Source: an uncultured Hyphomicrobiaceae bacterium (GTDB lineage: Bacteria > Pseudomonadota > Alphaproteobacteria > Rhizobiales > CAYWUX01). Taken from it: DNA of 64,000 nucleotides. The translations under genes and the position numbers were made by a program. This document shows positions 19,688-30,918 of the stretch, one piece after another. A model generated the notes under the pieces. The model made no database searches. It saw only the letters and a list, made by a program, of their open reading frames with translations, and was not told the origin of the DNA. Where the stretch lies: the NCBI GenBank assembly GCA_964461525.1, contig CAYWUX010000014.1, positions 9,028-73,027 of the forward strand, in the 5' to 3' direction. Numbering within the stretch: the stretch's first letter is position 1; every line of letters begins with the position of its first letter.

Positions 19688-21798
19688 CGGCGCCGACCCT
19701 CGAAAAGCATTGCAGCGCGTGGCGGCAAGTCTATCGACTGGCCAGACTCCACGGGTGGTAGAGAAGGTTCAATCTCACCTCGGGCCGAATCAGCCAACAA
19801 ACGCCAAGCAAATATCCCATGTGATGTCGGCATGTGAAACAAGACATCCTCGTGATGCGCATTGAGCAAAATAATAAGCGGCGTCGTTCGGCTCTGAAAC
19901 AGCATTAAGCCAAGGCTCCGGGCCCCCCCATTCTGCCAGTCTTTCTCTTCCATCTCATGCCCGTCACCACGCAACCAAGTAATATTCTTCGTACCGTCGG
20001 CAAGCACCTGTTCACCGTGTAAAAAATGGCGTTGACGCAGCAAAGGAAATCGCTGCCGCAAATTGATAAGTCCCGATATATAAGTGAAGAAAGCTTCGTC
20101 TTCTTCAGTTAGCTTCTGCCAATCAAGCCAGGACAGGCTATTGTCCTGGCAATAAGCATTATTATTACCTGCTTGACTACGGCCGACTTCATCTCCCATA
20201 AGCAACATTGGTGTACCCTGAGAAAATAATAAAGTTGTCATCGATGCGCGTCTCAATCGTCCGCGCATTTCGACGACTTCTGGTTGGTCACTTGGCCCCT
20301 CGACACCGCAGTTCCAACTTCGGTTATCGTCATGACCGTCATTGTTGCCTTCGTTATTCGCTTCGTTGTGCTTTTCGTTGTATGAGAACAGATCGGCAAG
20401 CGTGAAACCGTCGTGCGCGGTCATAAAGTTCACACTCGACCAGGTCCTTCTTCCGCGTTTTTCAAATAGATCAGCCGAACCCGTCATCCCTGAAGCTAAC
20501 GCTGGAAGAATTCCTTCGTCTCCCTTCCAAAAACTGCGGAGATCGTCGCGGTAACGGCCATTCCATTCTGACCATCCCGGCGGAAAATTACCGATCTGAT
20601 AACCATTCTCTCCGACATCCCAAGGTTCCGCGATCAACTTAACCTGTGAAAGTGAAGGATCCTGCCTGATTGCATCAAAAAATGTGGCGTCTGGCTCGAA
20701 ATCCTTTAATTCTCGACCGAGAGATGTGGCCAAATCAAATCGGAATCCGTCGATGTGGCACTCTTCGACCCAGTAGCGCAAAGAGTCCATGATCATTTGC
20801 AGCACTCGCGGGTGGCGTTGATTTATTGTGTTTCCACAACCCGTGGTGTCGTAGTAGTAGCGCGGCTCTTTAGAAAGCATGTAATAGCTTGCATTATCAA
20901 TACCACGAAATGAAACTGTTGGACCTAATTGGTTCCCTTCGGCCGTGTGATTATAGACGACGTCAAGTATGACTTCTATACCTGCTTCGTGCAGGCGATG
21001 AACCATCAATTTAAACTGATTGATGTCATCCTCATTTGAGATGTATTTACCTGAGGGAGCAAAAAAAGCTATCGTATTGTATCCCCAATAATTCGTTAGA
21101 CCTTTCTCAACTAGATGGCGGTCGTCGAGAAACGCCTGAACAGGTAGCAATTCAACAGCCGTTACACCAAGCCTCATGAGATGCTCTATGACCGCTGGAT
21201 GGGAAAATCCGGCAAACGTACCCCTGGCATGCTCATGCACAAGCGGATGGCTTGCTGTCATACCTTTCAAATGAGCTTCATAAATAATCGTATCGGCCCA
21301 ATGAGTTCGAGGCCTGCTTTCTCGTCGCCAGGGAAAAGATGGTCTCCAACGTGCTGCTGCTTCTGTAACCACACATTTAGGTGTAAAGGGCGCGGAGTCT
21401 CGTTTGTCAAATGAGAGATCAAGTTCGTCTGAACCGACAACATATCCATAATGGGCGTCATTCCAGACCAATTTCCCTTTTAGAGCCTTCGCATAAGGGT
21501 CAAGAAGGAGCTTATTGGGGTTGAATCGATGTCCTTCCTCAGGAAGATACGGACCATGTACACGGTAACCGTAATGCTGTCCCGGTCTCAGGCCTACAAC
21601 ATGCCCGTGCCAAACTTCGTCAGTGTACTCGGGGAGTTTTATCCTATCCGTTTCCCTAACCCCCTGTTCATCAAAAAGACAAAGCTCGACATGCGACGCG
21701 TTCGCGGAAAAAAGCGCAAAATTTACTCCTCTACCATCCTGCGTCGCACCCATTGGATATGGAAGCCCGGGTTCGACACGATAATTTCTGCGTGTCAT
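19684..21798 (-). CDS. glgX: Glycogen debranching enzyme
   Basis: 'GVNFALFS', 'NYWGYNT', 'DVVYNHTAEG', 'DGFRFDLA', 'AHDGFTLAD'. Confidence 0.97.
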   Translation of the reverse strand: MTRRNYRVEPGLPYPMGATQDGRGVNFALFSANASHVELCLFDEQGVRETDRIKLPEYTDEVWHGHVVGLRPGQHYGYRVHGPYLPEEGHRFNPNKLLLDPYAKALKGKLVWNDAHYGYVVGSDELDLSFDKRDSAPFTPKCVVTEAAARWRPSFPWRRESRPRTHWADTIIYEAHLKGMTASHPLVHEHARGTFAGFSHPAVIEHLMRLGVTAVELLPVQAFLDDRHLVEKGLTNYWGYNTIAFFAPSGKYISNEDDINQFKLMVHRLHEAGIEVILDVVYNHTAEGNQLGPTVSFRGIDNASYYMLSKEPRYYYDTTGCGNTINQRHPRVLQMIMDSLRYWVEECHIDGFRFDLATSLGRELKDFEPDATFFDAIRQDPSLSQVKLIAEPWDVGENGYQIGNFPPGWSEWNGRYRDDLRSFWKGDEGILPALASGMTGSADLFEKRGRRTWSSVNFMTAHDGFTLADLFSYNEKHNEANNEGNNDGHDDNRSWNCGVEGPSDQPEVVEMRGRLRRASMTTLLFSQGTPMLLMGDEVGRSQAGNNNAYCQDNSLSWLDWQKLTEEDEAFFTYISGLINLRQRFPLLRQRHFLHGEQVLADGTKNITWLRGDGHEMEEKDWQNGGARSLGLMLFQSRTTPLIILLNAHHEDVLFHMPTSHGIFAWRLLADSARGEIEPSLPPVESGQSIDLPPRAAMLFEGRRR

Positions 21799-21811
21799 TA
21801 GCGATCTCCGA

Positions 21812-24049
21812 TCAATGCGAGACTGGCGTTAGCACGATCGTCGCCAAAGGCGGTATGGTTAACAACAGCGAAGCTTGCATTCCATGCCAGCCAACATCTG
21901 TCGCCTCCACTTGACCGCTGTTACCGACATTGGAGCCGCAATAAATTGCCGCATCTGTGTTCAAACGTTCTTCCCAAGTTCCCGGAATGGGAACACCTAT
22001 TCTGTAATCACGCCTCACGACTGGGGTAAAATTACATACAACCAGAACGGGTTTCGAATCGTTTCGACCTCTCCGTAAATATGCTAACACGCTGCGATTA
22101 GCATCATCGGCCTCAATCCACTCAAAACCTTCCGCCTCACAATCGAGTTCGTATAAAGACGGCGTCGCAAGATAGAGTTTATTAAGATCGCGCACGAGAG
22201 CCTGAACCCCTCGATGTTGCGGTTCTGCAATCAGATGCCAGTCAAGTGATGCGTCATGGTTCCACTCACGTTCCTGAGCAAATTCTCCTCCCATAAACAG
22301 CAATTTTTTGCCAGGGTGGGTCCACATGAAAGCCAAGTAAGCCCGAAGATTGGCGAACTTTTGCCAACGGTCTCCGGGCATTTTTCCAAGAAGAGAGCCC
22401 TTGCCGTGCACCACTTCGTCATGACTGAGAGGAAGTATGAAGTTCTCACTAAAGGCATACTGAATGCCAAAAGTCATCTGAGAATGGTGGTGGCGTCGAT
22501 GAACAGGATCACGTGTCATGTAAGCCAGAGTGTCATGCATCCAACCCATATTCCACTTAAAACCAAAACCAAGTCCCCCTTCATCTATCGGTCGAGAGAC
22601 CTTTGGCCAAGCCGTAGATTCTTCAGCAGCCGTAAACGTTCCGGGGAATTCGTCGTAAACTATTGTGTTCATTTGTCTGAGAAAAGAAATTGCTTCGAGA
22701 TTTTCACGTCCACCGTGAATATTCGGGACCCATTCGCCTGGTTTTCTACTGTAATCTAGGTAAAGCATTGAGGCGACGGCGTCGACCCTCAGTCCATCAA
22801 CATGATAGCGGTCGAGCCAAAACAAAGCATTAGCTTCCAAAAAATTCGCCACTTCTCGTCGACCAAAGTTATAAACTAACGTATTCCAGTCCTGATGGAA
22901 GCCCAGTCGCGGATCGTCGTGTTCATAAAGCGATGTACCATCGAATCGAACAAGTCCGTGCGGATCGGTCGGGAAATGTCCCGGCACCCAATCGACAATT
23001 ACACCGATACCCGCTTGGTGGCAGTAATCTACAAAACGTGCAAAAGCCTCCGGGGGGCCGAAGCGAGCTGTCGGCGCGAATAACCCAATTGGTTGATACC
23101 CCCAAGATCCAGTGAAGGGGTGCTCGCTAATAGGCAACAACTCTATATGCGTGAAACCAAGGTCCGTCACGTAGGCAACAAGTTCGCTAGCCAACCTATC
23201 ATAGTCAAAATTTACATTACCCTCTCCACGGCGCCACGAACCGAGGTGCACTTCGTAGATCGAGATTGCCGATGAACGATCGTGAACTACGTTGCGGCGA
23301 GTCAACCAGTCGTGGTCAGTCCAATCATATTCGACAAGTCCATGTGCAAGCGAGGCTGTCGAGGGAGGTATCTCCTGAGAAAATGACAACGGGTCTGCCT
23401 TGAGTGGCAGCAATTTGCCGTCTTGGCCCAGGATCTCGAATTTATAATGAGAATCTCGTGCAACATCGGGGATAAACAGTTCCCACACACCCGATTCTAT
23501 TCGTTTGCGCATTAGGTGGCGTCGACCATCCCAGCCGTTGAAGTCGCCGACCACACTGACTCTTTCCGCATTCGGTGCCCACACAGCAAATACAACACCG
23601 TAAATCCCATCTATGGCGAAGGGATGTGCGCCAAGCATCTGATAAAGACGCTTGTGGGTTCCCTCTGCAATTAAATAAACATCTGTTTCACCTAGATAAG
23701 GGGGAAAGCGGTACGGATCCTCTCGGTCCCACTGATGGTCGCCCTTCGTAAAGCGCACCTTATATTTTGGAGAAGCTATGTCAGCAGGAAAAATGCCTGC
23801 AAAAAATCCGTCATCGTGCAGTCTCTCAAGTGTGATTAGTTTTTCTCCGGTGTCATTCGCTATTATCTCAGCGATATCGGCTTCCGGCTCGAACAAACGC
23901 ACAGAAATTCGACCGTCCGCTGATTTATGAGGCCCTAATACGGAGAATGCATCGCCGTGACGTCCCGTTACAATCGCTTCAATTTCCTCTGTAGAGGGAC
24001 GCCAACTGACTGATCCGTCCGCCTTTTCAGGAAATGATGTCACCAGCAT
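21812..24049 (-). CDS. glgB: 1,4-alpha-glucan branching enzyme
   Basis: 'FAVWAPNA', 'YEVHLGSW', 'SWGYQP', '[11 protein letters not shown]', '[12 protein letters not shown]'; AGGAG RBS. Confidence 0.98.
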   Translation of the reverse strand: MLVTSFPEKADGSVSWRPSTEEIEAIVTGRHGDAFSVLGPHKSADGRISVRLFEPEADIAEIIANDTGEKLITLERLHDDGFFAGIFPADIASPKYKVRFTKGDHQWDREDPYRFPPYLGETDVYLIAEGTHKRLYQMLGAHPFAIDGIYGVVFAVWAPNAERVSVVGDFNGWDGRRHLMRKRIESGVWELFIPDVARDSHYKFEILGQDGKLLPLKADPLSFSQEIPPSTASLAHGLVEYDWTDHDWLTRRNVVHDRSSAISIYEVHLGSWRRGEGNVNFDYDRLASELVAYVTDLGFTHIELLPISEHPFTGSWGYQPIGLFAPTARFGPPEAFARFVDYCHQAGIGVIVDWVPGHFPTDPHGLVRFDGTSLYEHDDPRLGFHQDWNTLVYNFGRREVANFLEANALFWLDRYHVDGLRVDAVASMLYLDYSRKPGEWVPNIHGGRENLEAISFLRQMNTIVYDEFPGTFTAAEESTAWPKVSRPIDEGGLGFGFKWNMGWMHDTLAYMTRDPVHRRHHHSQMTFGIQYAFSENFILPLSHDEVVHGKGSLLGKMPGDRWQKFANLRAYLAFMWTHPGKKLLFMGGEFAQEREWNHDASLDWHLIAEPQHRGVQALVRDLNKLYLATPSLYELDCEAEGFEWIEADDANRSVLAYLRRGRNDSKPVLVVCNFTPVVRRDYRIGVPIPGTWEERLNTDAAIYCGSNVGNSGQVEATDVGWHGMQASLLLTIPPLATIVLTPVSH

Positions 24050-24055
24050 GCTCCT

Positions 24056-27000
24056 TTAATTCGAAATGCGTTCCAGCACACCACGAAGCGGAATGGAAAG
24101 CCAGTTCGGCCGATTTGCGGCCTCATACGAAATCTCATAGAAGGCTTTCTGCAAGATAAAAATCTCAAGCTGATCCATAGCCGACTTTTTATCTTCTGGA
24201 TAACTAGCCAAATCTGTCGCAGTCTCCTGGTAAGTCTGAAAAAATTCATTGCTTGCATTGTCGCGCCATTTCACGGCTGACAAGAAAACACGCTCAGGCA
24301 GTTCTACAGCCTTTTCTGCCAGGCGATCCAATGCCGTCCAAGCAACATAGTCAAGCGAACGAAGCATACCCGCAACATCGCGTAAGGGAGAAGTCTTCGC
24401 CCTCCGCTCGGCGAGTGGTCTACCTGGTTCACCCTCAAAATCTATAATAATCACATCATCCTTTGAGATAAGCACTTGTCCGAGATGATAGTCACCGTGA
24501 ACACGGGTCTTAAATCCAGAAGGCGTTGTCTCAGCTAGATTATTTAGACGCTGTCTGATCGCCTCGCGCGAACTGAGAAGACGCTCAACTGCTTGTCGGG
24601 TTTCATCATCAAGTATCGCTTTTATTCTTTCCAGCACCATAATTGCGCGATTTACTTCTTCATGCGTTGCTTCAACCCAGTTTTTTATATCTGTGGTTGT
24701 TACCGGCTCACGCTGGAAATCCGGATCCTCCGTATCAATTGCGAAAGCACGATGCAATTCTGCGGTTCGCTGACCGAGCTTGCGAGTCAGGTCGAGAGGA
24801 AGCACATAGGCGGCGTCCAGGTGAGCAGACTGTTCGGCTTCTTCTGGTGGTAGAACTGCAATCTCCTCAAAATTTCTCTCTATGGCATCAACGGTAAAAT
24901 TCCAGCAATCGCCCTGATTTTCGACATAAGCAAAAAGCGCTGCAAGCGTCATCGGAGCGCCCTTTGATGGACAATACTCGACCATACCAAGAAAAGCGGG
25001 AGTATTATGGTAATGGGCCACCTCGCTGAGAAATTTTGCAACTTCGAGCTCCGGCTGGACGCCTTCACGCAATCTGCGATAGAGCTTCACAACGATTTTC
25101 TCATCGACAATCAATGATACGTTGCTTTGTTCAGCACCAACAGACCGAACTGTCGCATCTGCTTCTATGGGGTCCCATTCGCCGAAGGCTTTGAAACGCA
25201 GGATGCCTTTTTCGTCCTCTATGATCAACCCATTTGACACCGAGTTAACAAGCTCTTGTGCAAAGCTTTCATCTTGGGTCGCATCCAGCAATGCACCTAT
25301 GCGGGAACCGCGGCGTAGTTTAGCCAAGGTGAAGGGCAGTTTCGCCGTACCTTGAAGCAAATGCTCACTGCCCCACAGGGCTGACAGTGGTAAAAAATAG
25401 ACTTGAGTCTCATCGTTATCGAGTACAACTTTAAGTAAATTGAAAGGATATCTTTTTCTTGAAGACTCGGCAATTGCCAGCGGATACAATTTCACACTTT
25501 TAATGCCTACGTTTTTGCCGCCAAACCACCGTTGTCGACCAAGAAATTCAGGCAAACAATAATTTTCCAAATTGCGGCGTTCTCGTCCCTCGATAATACT
25601 ATCCCAATCTCCCGCCATTACAACCGTTATGAACTCCAAGGCTGACTCGACAGGGGGAATACGCCAATGAGGCTCGTCCGCCTCCGGCTTAAGGATAAAC
25701 CAGTAAAAACCGTAAGCTGGAAGTGTCAGCATATATGGTAACTCGCCAACAGATGGAAACGAAGAGTTGCCAGTCAGCTCAATAGGAACAGAACCGTGAT
25801 ACGAAGAGAGATCAAGTTCAACAGCCTGAGCTGAATTTGATAAATTGAAAACGCAAAGGAGGTTTTGGTCACTATACTCGCGTACATATGCAAGTATTTT
25901 CCGGTTGCGCGGATATAGAAATTTCAAGCTGCCACGACCGAAGGAATTGTGCAGTTTCCGAACAGCGATCATTCGGCGCATCCAGTTAAGCAAAGAGGAA
26001 GAATCTTTCTGCTGCGCTTCTATATTGATTGCCTGGTAGCCATAATTAGCGTCCATAATCAGAGGCAGATACAATCGTTGCGGGTCCGCACGTGAGAAAC
26101 CAGCATTACGATCAGCTGACCACTGCATAGGGGTCCTGACACCGTCGCGGTCGCCGAGGTAGTAGTTATCGCCCATCCCGATCTCATCGCCGTAGTAGAT
26201 TACCGGCGTTCCAGGCATTGATAACAATAATGCATTCAACAGCTCGATTTTGCGGCGATCATTCTGGAGAAGCGGTGCTAAGCGACGACGAATACCGAGA
26301 TTGATGCGTGCGCGGGGATCGGCAGCATACGTATGCCACAAATAATCTCGTTCATCGTCTGTCACCATCTCAAGAGTGAGTTCGTCGTGATTACGCAAGA
26401 ATAAAGCCCACTGACATGTTTCGGGAATATCTGGAGTCTGACGCATGATATCAGTTATAGGATGCCGGTCCTCTTGAGCAAGCGCCATGTATATACGTGG
26501 CATCAGTGGAAAATGAAACGCCATATGGCATTCATCTCCGTCGCCGAAGTACGGACTTGCGTCCTCAGGCCACTGATTTGCTTCTGCCAGTAGTATCCTG
26601 TCCGGATAACGAGCGTCTACTTCTTTTCGGATCCGTCTAAGGACTGCGTGGGTTTCGGGTAGATTTTCGTTGTTCGTTCCTTCCCGCTCGCACAAATATG
26701 GAACGGCATCTAGCCGCAAACCGTCAACCCCTAGCTTAAGCCAGAAATCGATGACCTTAATGATTTCTTTTACAACTTCGGGATTGTCATAATTAAGATC
26801 AGGCTGATGAGAGTAAAAGCGATGCCAGAAGTAGGCTTTTGCAACTGGATCCCAAGTCCAGTTCGAGGTCTCTGTATCTAAAAATATTATCCGTGTACCT
26901 TTATACCGTTCAACATTATCGCTCCACACGTAGAAATTTCTTTCGTTTGATCCCTCAGGTGCCCTTCGGGCCCTCTGAAACCACGGGTGCTGGTCCGAAG

Positions 27001-27397
27001 TGTGATTAACAACCAGCTCTGTTATAACACGGATACTGCGGCGGTGAGCTTCGTTAACGAAGGCTTTAAAACTTTCCAAATTGCCGTAGCTGTCATGGAC
27101 ATTATAATAGTCGGACAGATCATATCCATCGTCTCGAAGCGGTGAAGGATAGAATGGCAATAGCCAAATCGTATTTATTCCTAGATCCTGGACGTAATCA
27201 AGACGGTGAATCAAACCCCCAAAATCGCCAATTCCGTCACCTGTTGCATCTTGAAAAGCCTTTATATGCAGCTGGTAGATGATTGCATCTTTGTACCAAT
27301 TCGTCGTTGAACGATCAATGCCTGCAGCTTGGCTCGCGACCATAAAATTACTAACAGACTGAGACAACTCAGAAGCAGATTTTGTGAAATCTGCCAT
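24056..27397 (-). CDS. treS: Trehalose synthase fused to maltokinase (TreS-Mak/Pep2)
   Basis: N-terminal GH13 ('RDDGYD', 'DGLRLDAVPYL', 'RNHDELTLE'); C-terminal kinase ('EQSNVS', 'RVHGDYHLGQVL', 'DFEGEP', 'PLRDVAGMLRS'). Confidence 0.97.
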   Translation of the reverse strand: MADFTKSASELSQSVSNFMVASQAAGIDRSTTNWYKDAIIYQLHIKAFQDATGDGIGDFGGLIHRLDYVQDLGINTIWLLPFYPSPLRDDGYDLSDYYNVHDSYGNLESFKAFVNEAHRRSIRVITELVVNHTSDQHPWFQRARRAPEGSNERNFYVWSDNVERYKGTRIIFLDTETSNWTWDPVAKAYFWHRFYSHQPDLNYDNPEVVKEIIKVIDFWLKLGVDGLRLDAVPYLCEREGTNNENLPETHAVLRRIRKEVDARYPDRILLAEANQWPEDASPYFGDGDECHMAFHFPLMPRIYMALAQEDRHPITDIMRQTPDIPETCQWALFLRNHDELTLEMVTDDERDYLWHTYAADPRARINLGIRRRLAPLLQNDRRKIELLNALLLSMPGTPVIYYGDEIGMGDNYYLGDRDGVRTPMQWSADRNAGFSRADPQRLYLPLIMDANYGYQAINIEAQQKDSSSLLNWMRRMIAVRKLHNSFGRGSLKFLYPRNRKILAYVREYSDQNLLCVFNLSNSAQAVELDLSSYHGSVPIELTGNSSFPSVGELPYMLTLPAYGFYWFILKPEADEPHWRIPPVESALEFITVVMAGDWDSIIEGRERRNLENYCLPEFLGRQRWFGGKNVGIKSVKLYPLAIAESSRKRYPFNLLKVVLDNDETQVYFLPLSALWGSEHLLQGTAKLPFTLAKLRRGSRIGALLDATQDESFAQELVNSVSNGLIIEDEKGILRFKAFGEWDPIEADATVRSVGAEQSNVSLIVDEKIVVKLYRRLREGVQPELEVAKFLSEVAHYHNTPAFLGMVEYCPSKGAPMTLAALFAYVENQGDCWNFTVDAIERNFEEIAVLPPEEAEQSAHLDAAYVLPLDLTRKLGQRTAELHRAFAIDTEDPDFQREPVTTTDIKNWVEATHEEVNRAIMVLERIKAILDDETRQAVERLLSSREAIRQRLNNLAETTPSGFKTRVHGDYHLGQVLISKDDVIIIDFEGEPGRPLAERRAKTSPLRDVAGMLRSLDYVAWTALDRLAEKAVELPERVFLSAVKWRDNASNEFFQTYQETATDLASYPEDKKSAMDQLEIFILQKAFYEISYEAANRPNWLSIPLRGVLERISN

Positions 27398-29403
27398 CAG
27401 ATTTCACCTCCTGGATGTATTAAACGCCAGATCTTATAGGGACATTCGTGCGGATCAATAAGGATGTGTTGCACTTTACCGGTCCATGTAAACCGATGAT
27501 CTGTGGTAAGATCCTCTACTCCAACTGATGCATGATCAGGAAGTCCGAATTCCCAGAGGGGAACTTCAAAATGAGCTCCTTGCGGATTGTGCGGGTCGAG
27601 GTTTACTGCGAGCAAAATAAAGTCATGCTTATCAGCCGTGGACTTTCCATAATAAAGCACCTGATCATTCCAGGCATTGTAGAAATTAAGATTAGTTAAC
27701 TGCTGTAATGCTGGGTGGTTGCGTCTTAATCTGTTTATGAGCTTGATGTCATCTTTGATGTGATCCTCACGGTCCCAGTCCCAAGCCCGCAGCTCATATT
27801 TTTCTGAGTCCATATATTCTTCTCTCCCAGGCAATGCGGCGGCTTCACAAACTTCGAAGCCGTTATAAATTCCGTAGTTGCAAGCAAGCGTTGCGGCCAA
27901 GATTAAACGGACCTGGAATCCAGCTCGACCACTCGACTGAAGATAATAAGGGTTAATATCCGGCGTATTTGTGAAAAAACTGGGTCTATAATACTCGCAC
28001 ATTTCTGTCCTGGTTAGCTCGGTAAGATATTCGGTGAGTTCTGACTTGGTATTGCGCCAGGTAAAATAGGTATACGATTGAGTGAAACCGAGTTTTGCAA
28101 GACGTTTCATCACTTTCGGCCGAGTAAATGCCTCTGATAGAAAAATCACTTCCGGATGTTGATTATGGATCTCTTCAATCAACCATTCCCAAAAGGGATA
28201 GGGCTTTGTATGCGGATTATCGACACGAAATATCTTGACCCCTCTGTCAATCCAGAACAGCAAAACATTTTTGAGTGCGTACCATAAATCTGGGAATGCC
28301 TCGCGATAGAAATGCACGTTGACAATGTCTTCATACTTCTTTGGCGGGTTCTCAGCAAATTTTATCGTGCCATCTGGTCTCCAGTCAAACCATTCTGGGT
28401 GATATTTTATCCATGGGTGATCAGGGGCACATTGTATCGCGAAATCAAGTGCAATCTCTAGACCATGATCCTCGGCCGCTTCCACAAGATCGCGAAAATC
28501 GTCAACTGTTCCGAGTTGCGGATGGATTGCGTCATGGCCTCCTTCAATAGATCCAATTGCGTATGGGCTTCCCAAATCTCCTGGCTCAGCATTCAACGAA
28601 TTATTAGGGCCCTTTCGGTTTATGCGGCCGATCGGATGGATCGGCGTGAAATAGAGAATGTTGAAGCCCAGGTCACGAACGTAGGGCAACCGAGTAATTA
28701 CATCAGCGAAAGTACCGTGGCGCCGAGTGTCTCCAGATTGTGAACGAGGGAACATCTCATACCAGCTACTCATTACAGCTATTCGCCTGTCGACCCAAAC
28801 CTTTAGTTGCTTAGGATAGCGGGTAAGATTGACGCGCGGCCCGACGCGAGCCATAAGCTTGGATAATCGGTCGCTGGTCAGCAGTTTAAGCTTCTCAGAT
28901 TCCTGTTCCAGCTGATCCAATTTAGTGAGAAGCTGGTTCAACTTCGAGCGATCCTGCTCCGAACCGCGATCATCATCTTTTATTGATTGTTCGATGAGAA
29001 GTCGACCTTCCATCAACTCAAGAGGCAGCTGTTTGCCAGCTGCCTTTTTCTTGGTCACCTCATCCTTCCATGACGTATAGGGCGCGCGCCAGGAAATAAT
29101 CGTGTAAAAATAATAACCAATATGTTCAACTTTGAATTCACCGCGCCAGCGATCGTTTTCAAGAGTGCGCATTGGAACTTGTTGCCAGTCCTGTTCCCGA
29201 GCGCTGCGATAAAGCAAGGCTGCGTCAATTTTATCATGCCCATCGCAAAAGATGTCCGCCTCAACTGACATTATGTCACCAACGGCTCGTTTCGAAGCAA
29301 AACGTCCTCCATCAATTTCAGGCCAGACACCTTCGATGGCAATACGTGCTTCTGCAAGTAGCGAGAGATTCTTGAATGATACATCGCTGCTTTTATCCGC
29401 CAT
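27397..29403 (-). CDS. glgE: Alpha-1,4-glucan:maltose-1-phosphate maltosyltransferase
   Basis: 'WYEMFPRS', 'GSPYAIG', 'NPPKKYEDI', 'FRVDNPHTKP', 'SEAFTRPKVM'; stop overlaps the treS start (TGATG). Confidence 0.97.
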   Translation of the reverse strand: MADKSSDVSFKNLSLLAEARIAIEGVWPEIDGGRFASKRAVGDIMSVEADIFCDGHDKIDAALLYRSAREQDWQQVPMRTLENDRWRGEFKVEHIGYYFYTIISWRAPYTSWKDEVTKKKAAGKQLPLELMEGRLLIEQSIKDDDRGSEQDRSKLNQLLTKLDQLEQESEKLKLLTSDRLSKLMARVGPRVNLTRYPKQLKVWVDRRIAVMSSWYEMFPRSQSGDTRRHGTFADVITRLPYVRDLGFNILYFTPIHPIGRINRKGPNNSLNAEPGDLGSPYAIGSIEGGHDAIHPQLGTVDDFRDLVEAAEDHGLEIALDFAIQCAPDHPWIKYHPEWFDWRPDGTIKFAENPPKKYEDIVNVHFYREAFPDLWYALKNVLLFWIDRGVKIFRVDNPHTKPYPFWEWLIEEIHNQHPEVIFLSEAFTRPKVMKRLAKLGFTQSYTYFTWRNTKSELTEYLTELTRTEMCEYYRPSFFTNTPDINPYYLQSSGRAGFQVRLILAATLACNYGIYNGFEVCEAAALPGREEYMDSEKYELRAWDWDREDHIKDDIKLINRLRRNHPALQQLTNLNFYNAWNDQVLYYGKSTADKHDFILLAVNLDPHNPQGAHFEVPLWEFGLPDHASVGVEDLTTDHRFTWTGKVQHILIDPHECPYKIWRLIHPGGEI

Positions 29404-29675
29404 ATTTACCTCTTAACTGGTCTGAAGAGGATCGTCGATGCAAGTAATTCTCCGAATTACATATGCGGCTGAAATTATTTTATCCAGTGATGAGTTCGGT
29501 TACTACGTCGAATAGGTAGGAAGCATTGTTAAACTCATAACATTGCGAATTCTGCCGTCGAACTGTTTAGATCCTTCGTTCGTGATTTCCTGATTCAACT
29601 CTTCGTTGCAATTATTATCAATTATTGCGTTTCCAATTTTTTTGGCTGCAAGTGTTATTCTAAAGCCAACATGGC

Positions 29676-29975
29676 TCATCCAAGCATAGATTGTGATCTT
29701 GAACTTTTCAATTCTGCAATGGCCAATTTTACCTTATGTAAGAGTTCCTCATCTGACGACATCGCTTTAACCATCTCCATAGTGCTGGGATCTGGTATCA
29801 TTCCTTCATCTACTGCTTCCAATCGTTGATGTACCTCAAACGCCCAGCTGCGCAACGCGGTTAGCTTTTCTCCACGTGTCAGCATCACTTCTTTGAGCAA
29901 ATCCTTTGGATCATCAAACTCCTGTGCAGGTGAGAACTTTGCTTGGTAGCGGTTTATTTTGAGAGTTGAAATCAT
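29676..29975 (-). CDS. Conserved small hypothetical protein of stress clusters
   Basis: 'PAQEFDDPKDLL...LTRGEKLTALRSWAFE...AVDEGM' pattern seen in small alphaproteobacterial stress-island proteins; ATG overlaps the stop of the upstream pseudogene. Confidence 0.7.
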   Translation of the reverse strand: MISTLKINRYQAKFSPAQEFDDPKDLLKEVMLTRGEKLTALRSWAFEVHQRLEAVDEGMIPDPSTMEMVKAMSSDEELLHKVKLAIAELKSSRSQSMLG

Positions 29976-30348
29976 ATATTACCTTCTTGTTCGATTTTGA
30001 AAGCTGAAATGACTAGCTTTTGCTTTACATATTTTTCCATCCTGACCGATGACTCTTCAATTGGTTACTGCGAAGCATCAAGGATCCTCTTAACACCGAC
30101 GACAGCAGCTGTGACGTACCCACCATAATGATCAGCGACAAGGTTCTCAATGTCACCTAATGCTTAATTATCAAGGTTATATATCGATTTTCCAATCAAG
30201 CTGTTGACCGTCCGAAGTCCTCTTGACGCTGTCAGCCTGTTAATTTGGTCTGGCTTGATCCCAGGGTTACGTTGCCTGATTTTCGATGTGCCGATACGGA
30301 TACTACCAGGATTGCACCAGTGCAGATTATCATATGACTCTTTAACAT
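29972..30348 (-). pseudogene. PRC-barrel protein pseudogene
   Basis: AGGGAG RBS + ATG 30348, signal-peptide-like start, frameshift, then 'NSLIGKSIYNLDN*ALGDIENLVAD...VTAAVVGV...*'; in-frame TAA at 30164-66 and 30065-67; final TGA 29972-74 overlaps the next ATG. Confidence 0.8.
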
Positions 30349-30382
30349 GACAAATCTCCCTTTATGCCTGGCTTAAGTACTA

Positions 30383-30407
30383 AACATAAACACCGTACGG
30401 ATGTTCT
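30383..30407 (-). promoter_or_regulatory. Candidate sigma-EcfG (general stress) promoter, AGAAC-N17-GTT
   Basis: One mismatch to GGAAC-N17-GTT; 35 bp upstream of the PRC pseudogene start. Confidence 0.55.
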
Positions 30408-30530
30408 GGAGGTGGTTCGGAAAAATAAGATTTAAAGTCTAGTTTTGTTCACTAAATCTAACAAAATCTTACAGGAATTTTGTTTGTCCATACTTCGAGC
30501 TGAACTGTTGGGTCTTTAACAATCTCACTA

Positions 30531-30808
30531 ATGCTCCTCATGCTGTTCTCTTTAAATGCAGTGGCCCGAACTGACAAAAAAACAAAACTAAAGGTCGGTA
30601 CCCTGACCTGTAAATCTGTAAAGTGAAGATGGGGGGCATAATTCGAACCGTGAAGGAGCTATCATGTAGTTTCAAACGCGACAAAATCGGTCGTAACGAG
30701 TATTATACAGGTAAGATCTCGAAATACGCCCCAGACTGTGCGCCTAGTGCTAAAACGATTATGGTCTGGGTCGACAATTCGGTTGCAAGTAACCCTCCAT
30801 TAAGATGA
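30531..30808 (+). pseudogene. DUF992-family pseudogene (frameshifted)
   Basis: Frame 1 'MLLMLFSLNAVA...KVGTLTCKSVK*', shifted frame 'GGIIRTVKELSCSF...EYYTGKISKY...TIMVW' follow the DUF992 pattern. Confidence 0.65.
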
Positions 30809-30918
30809 ATTTCAGTTAACCGAGTTTGTTTAAGAGATGTTTATTCATGTCTGCGACAGTGATTGCTCATTCAACGACTGAATGTGTCAATAACAGATTT
30901 CTTACAGGGAAGTCAGGA

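Noticed and set aside
30795-30835. CtrA box upstream of the pilin
   Set aside because: TTAA half-sites are spaced by 12 and 10 nt, not 7
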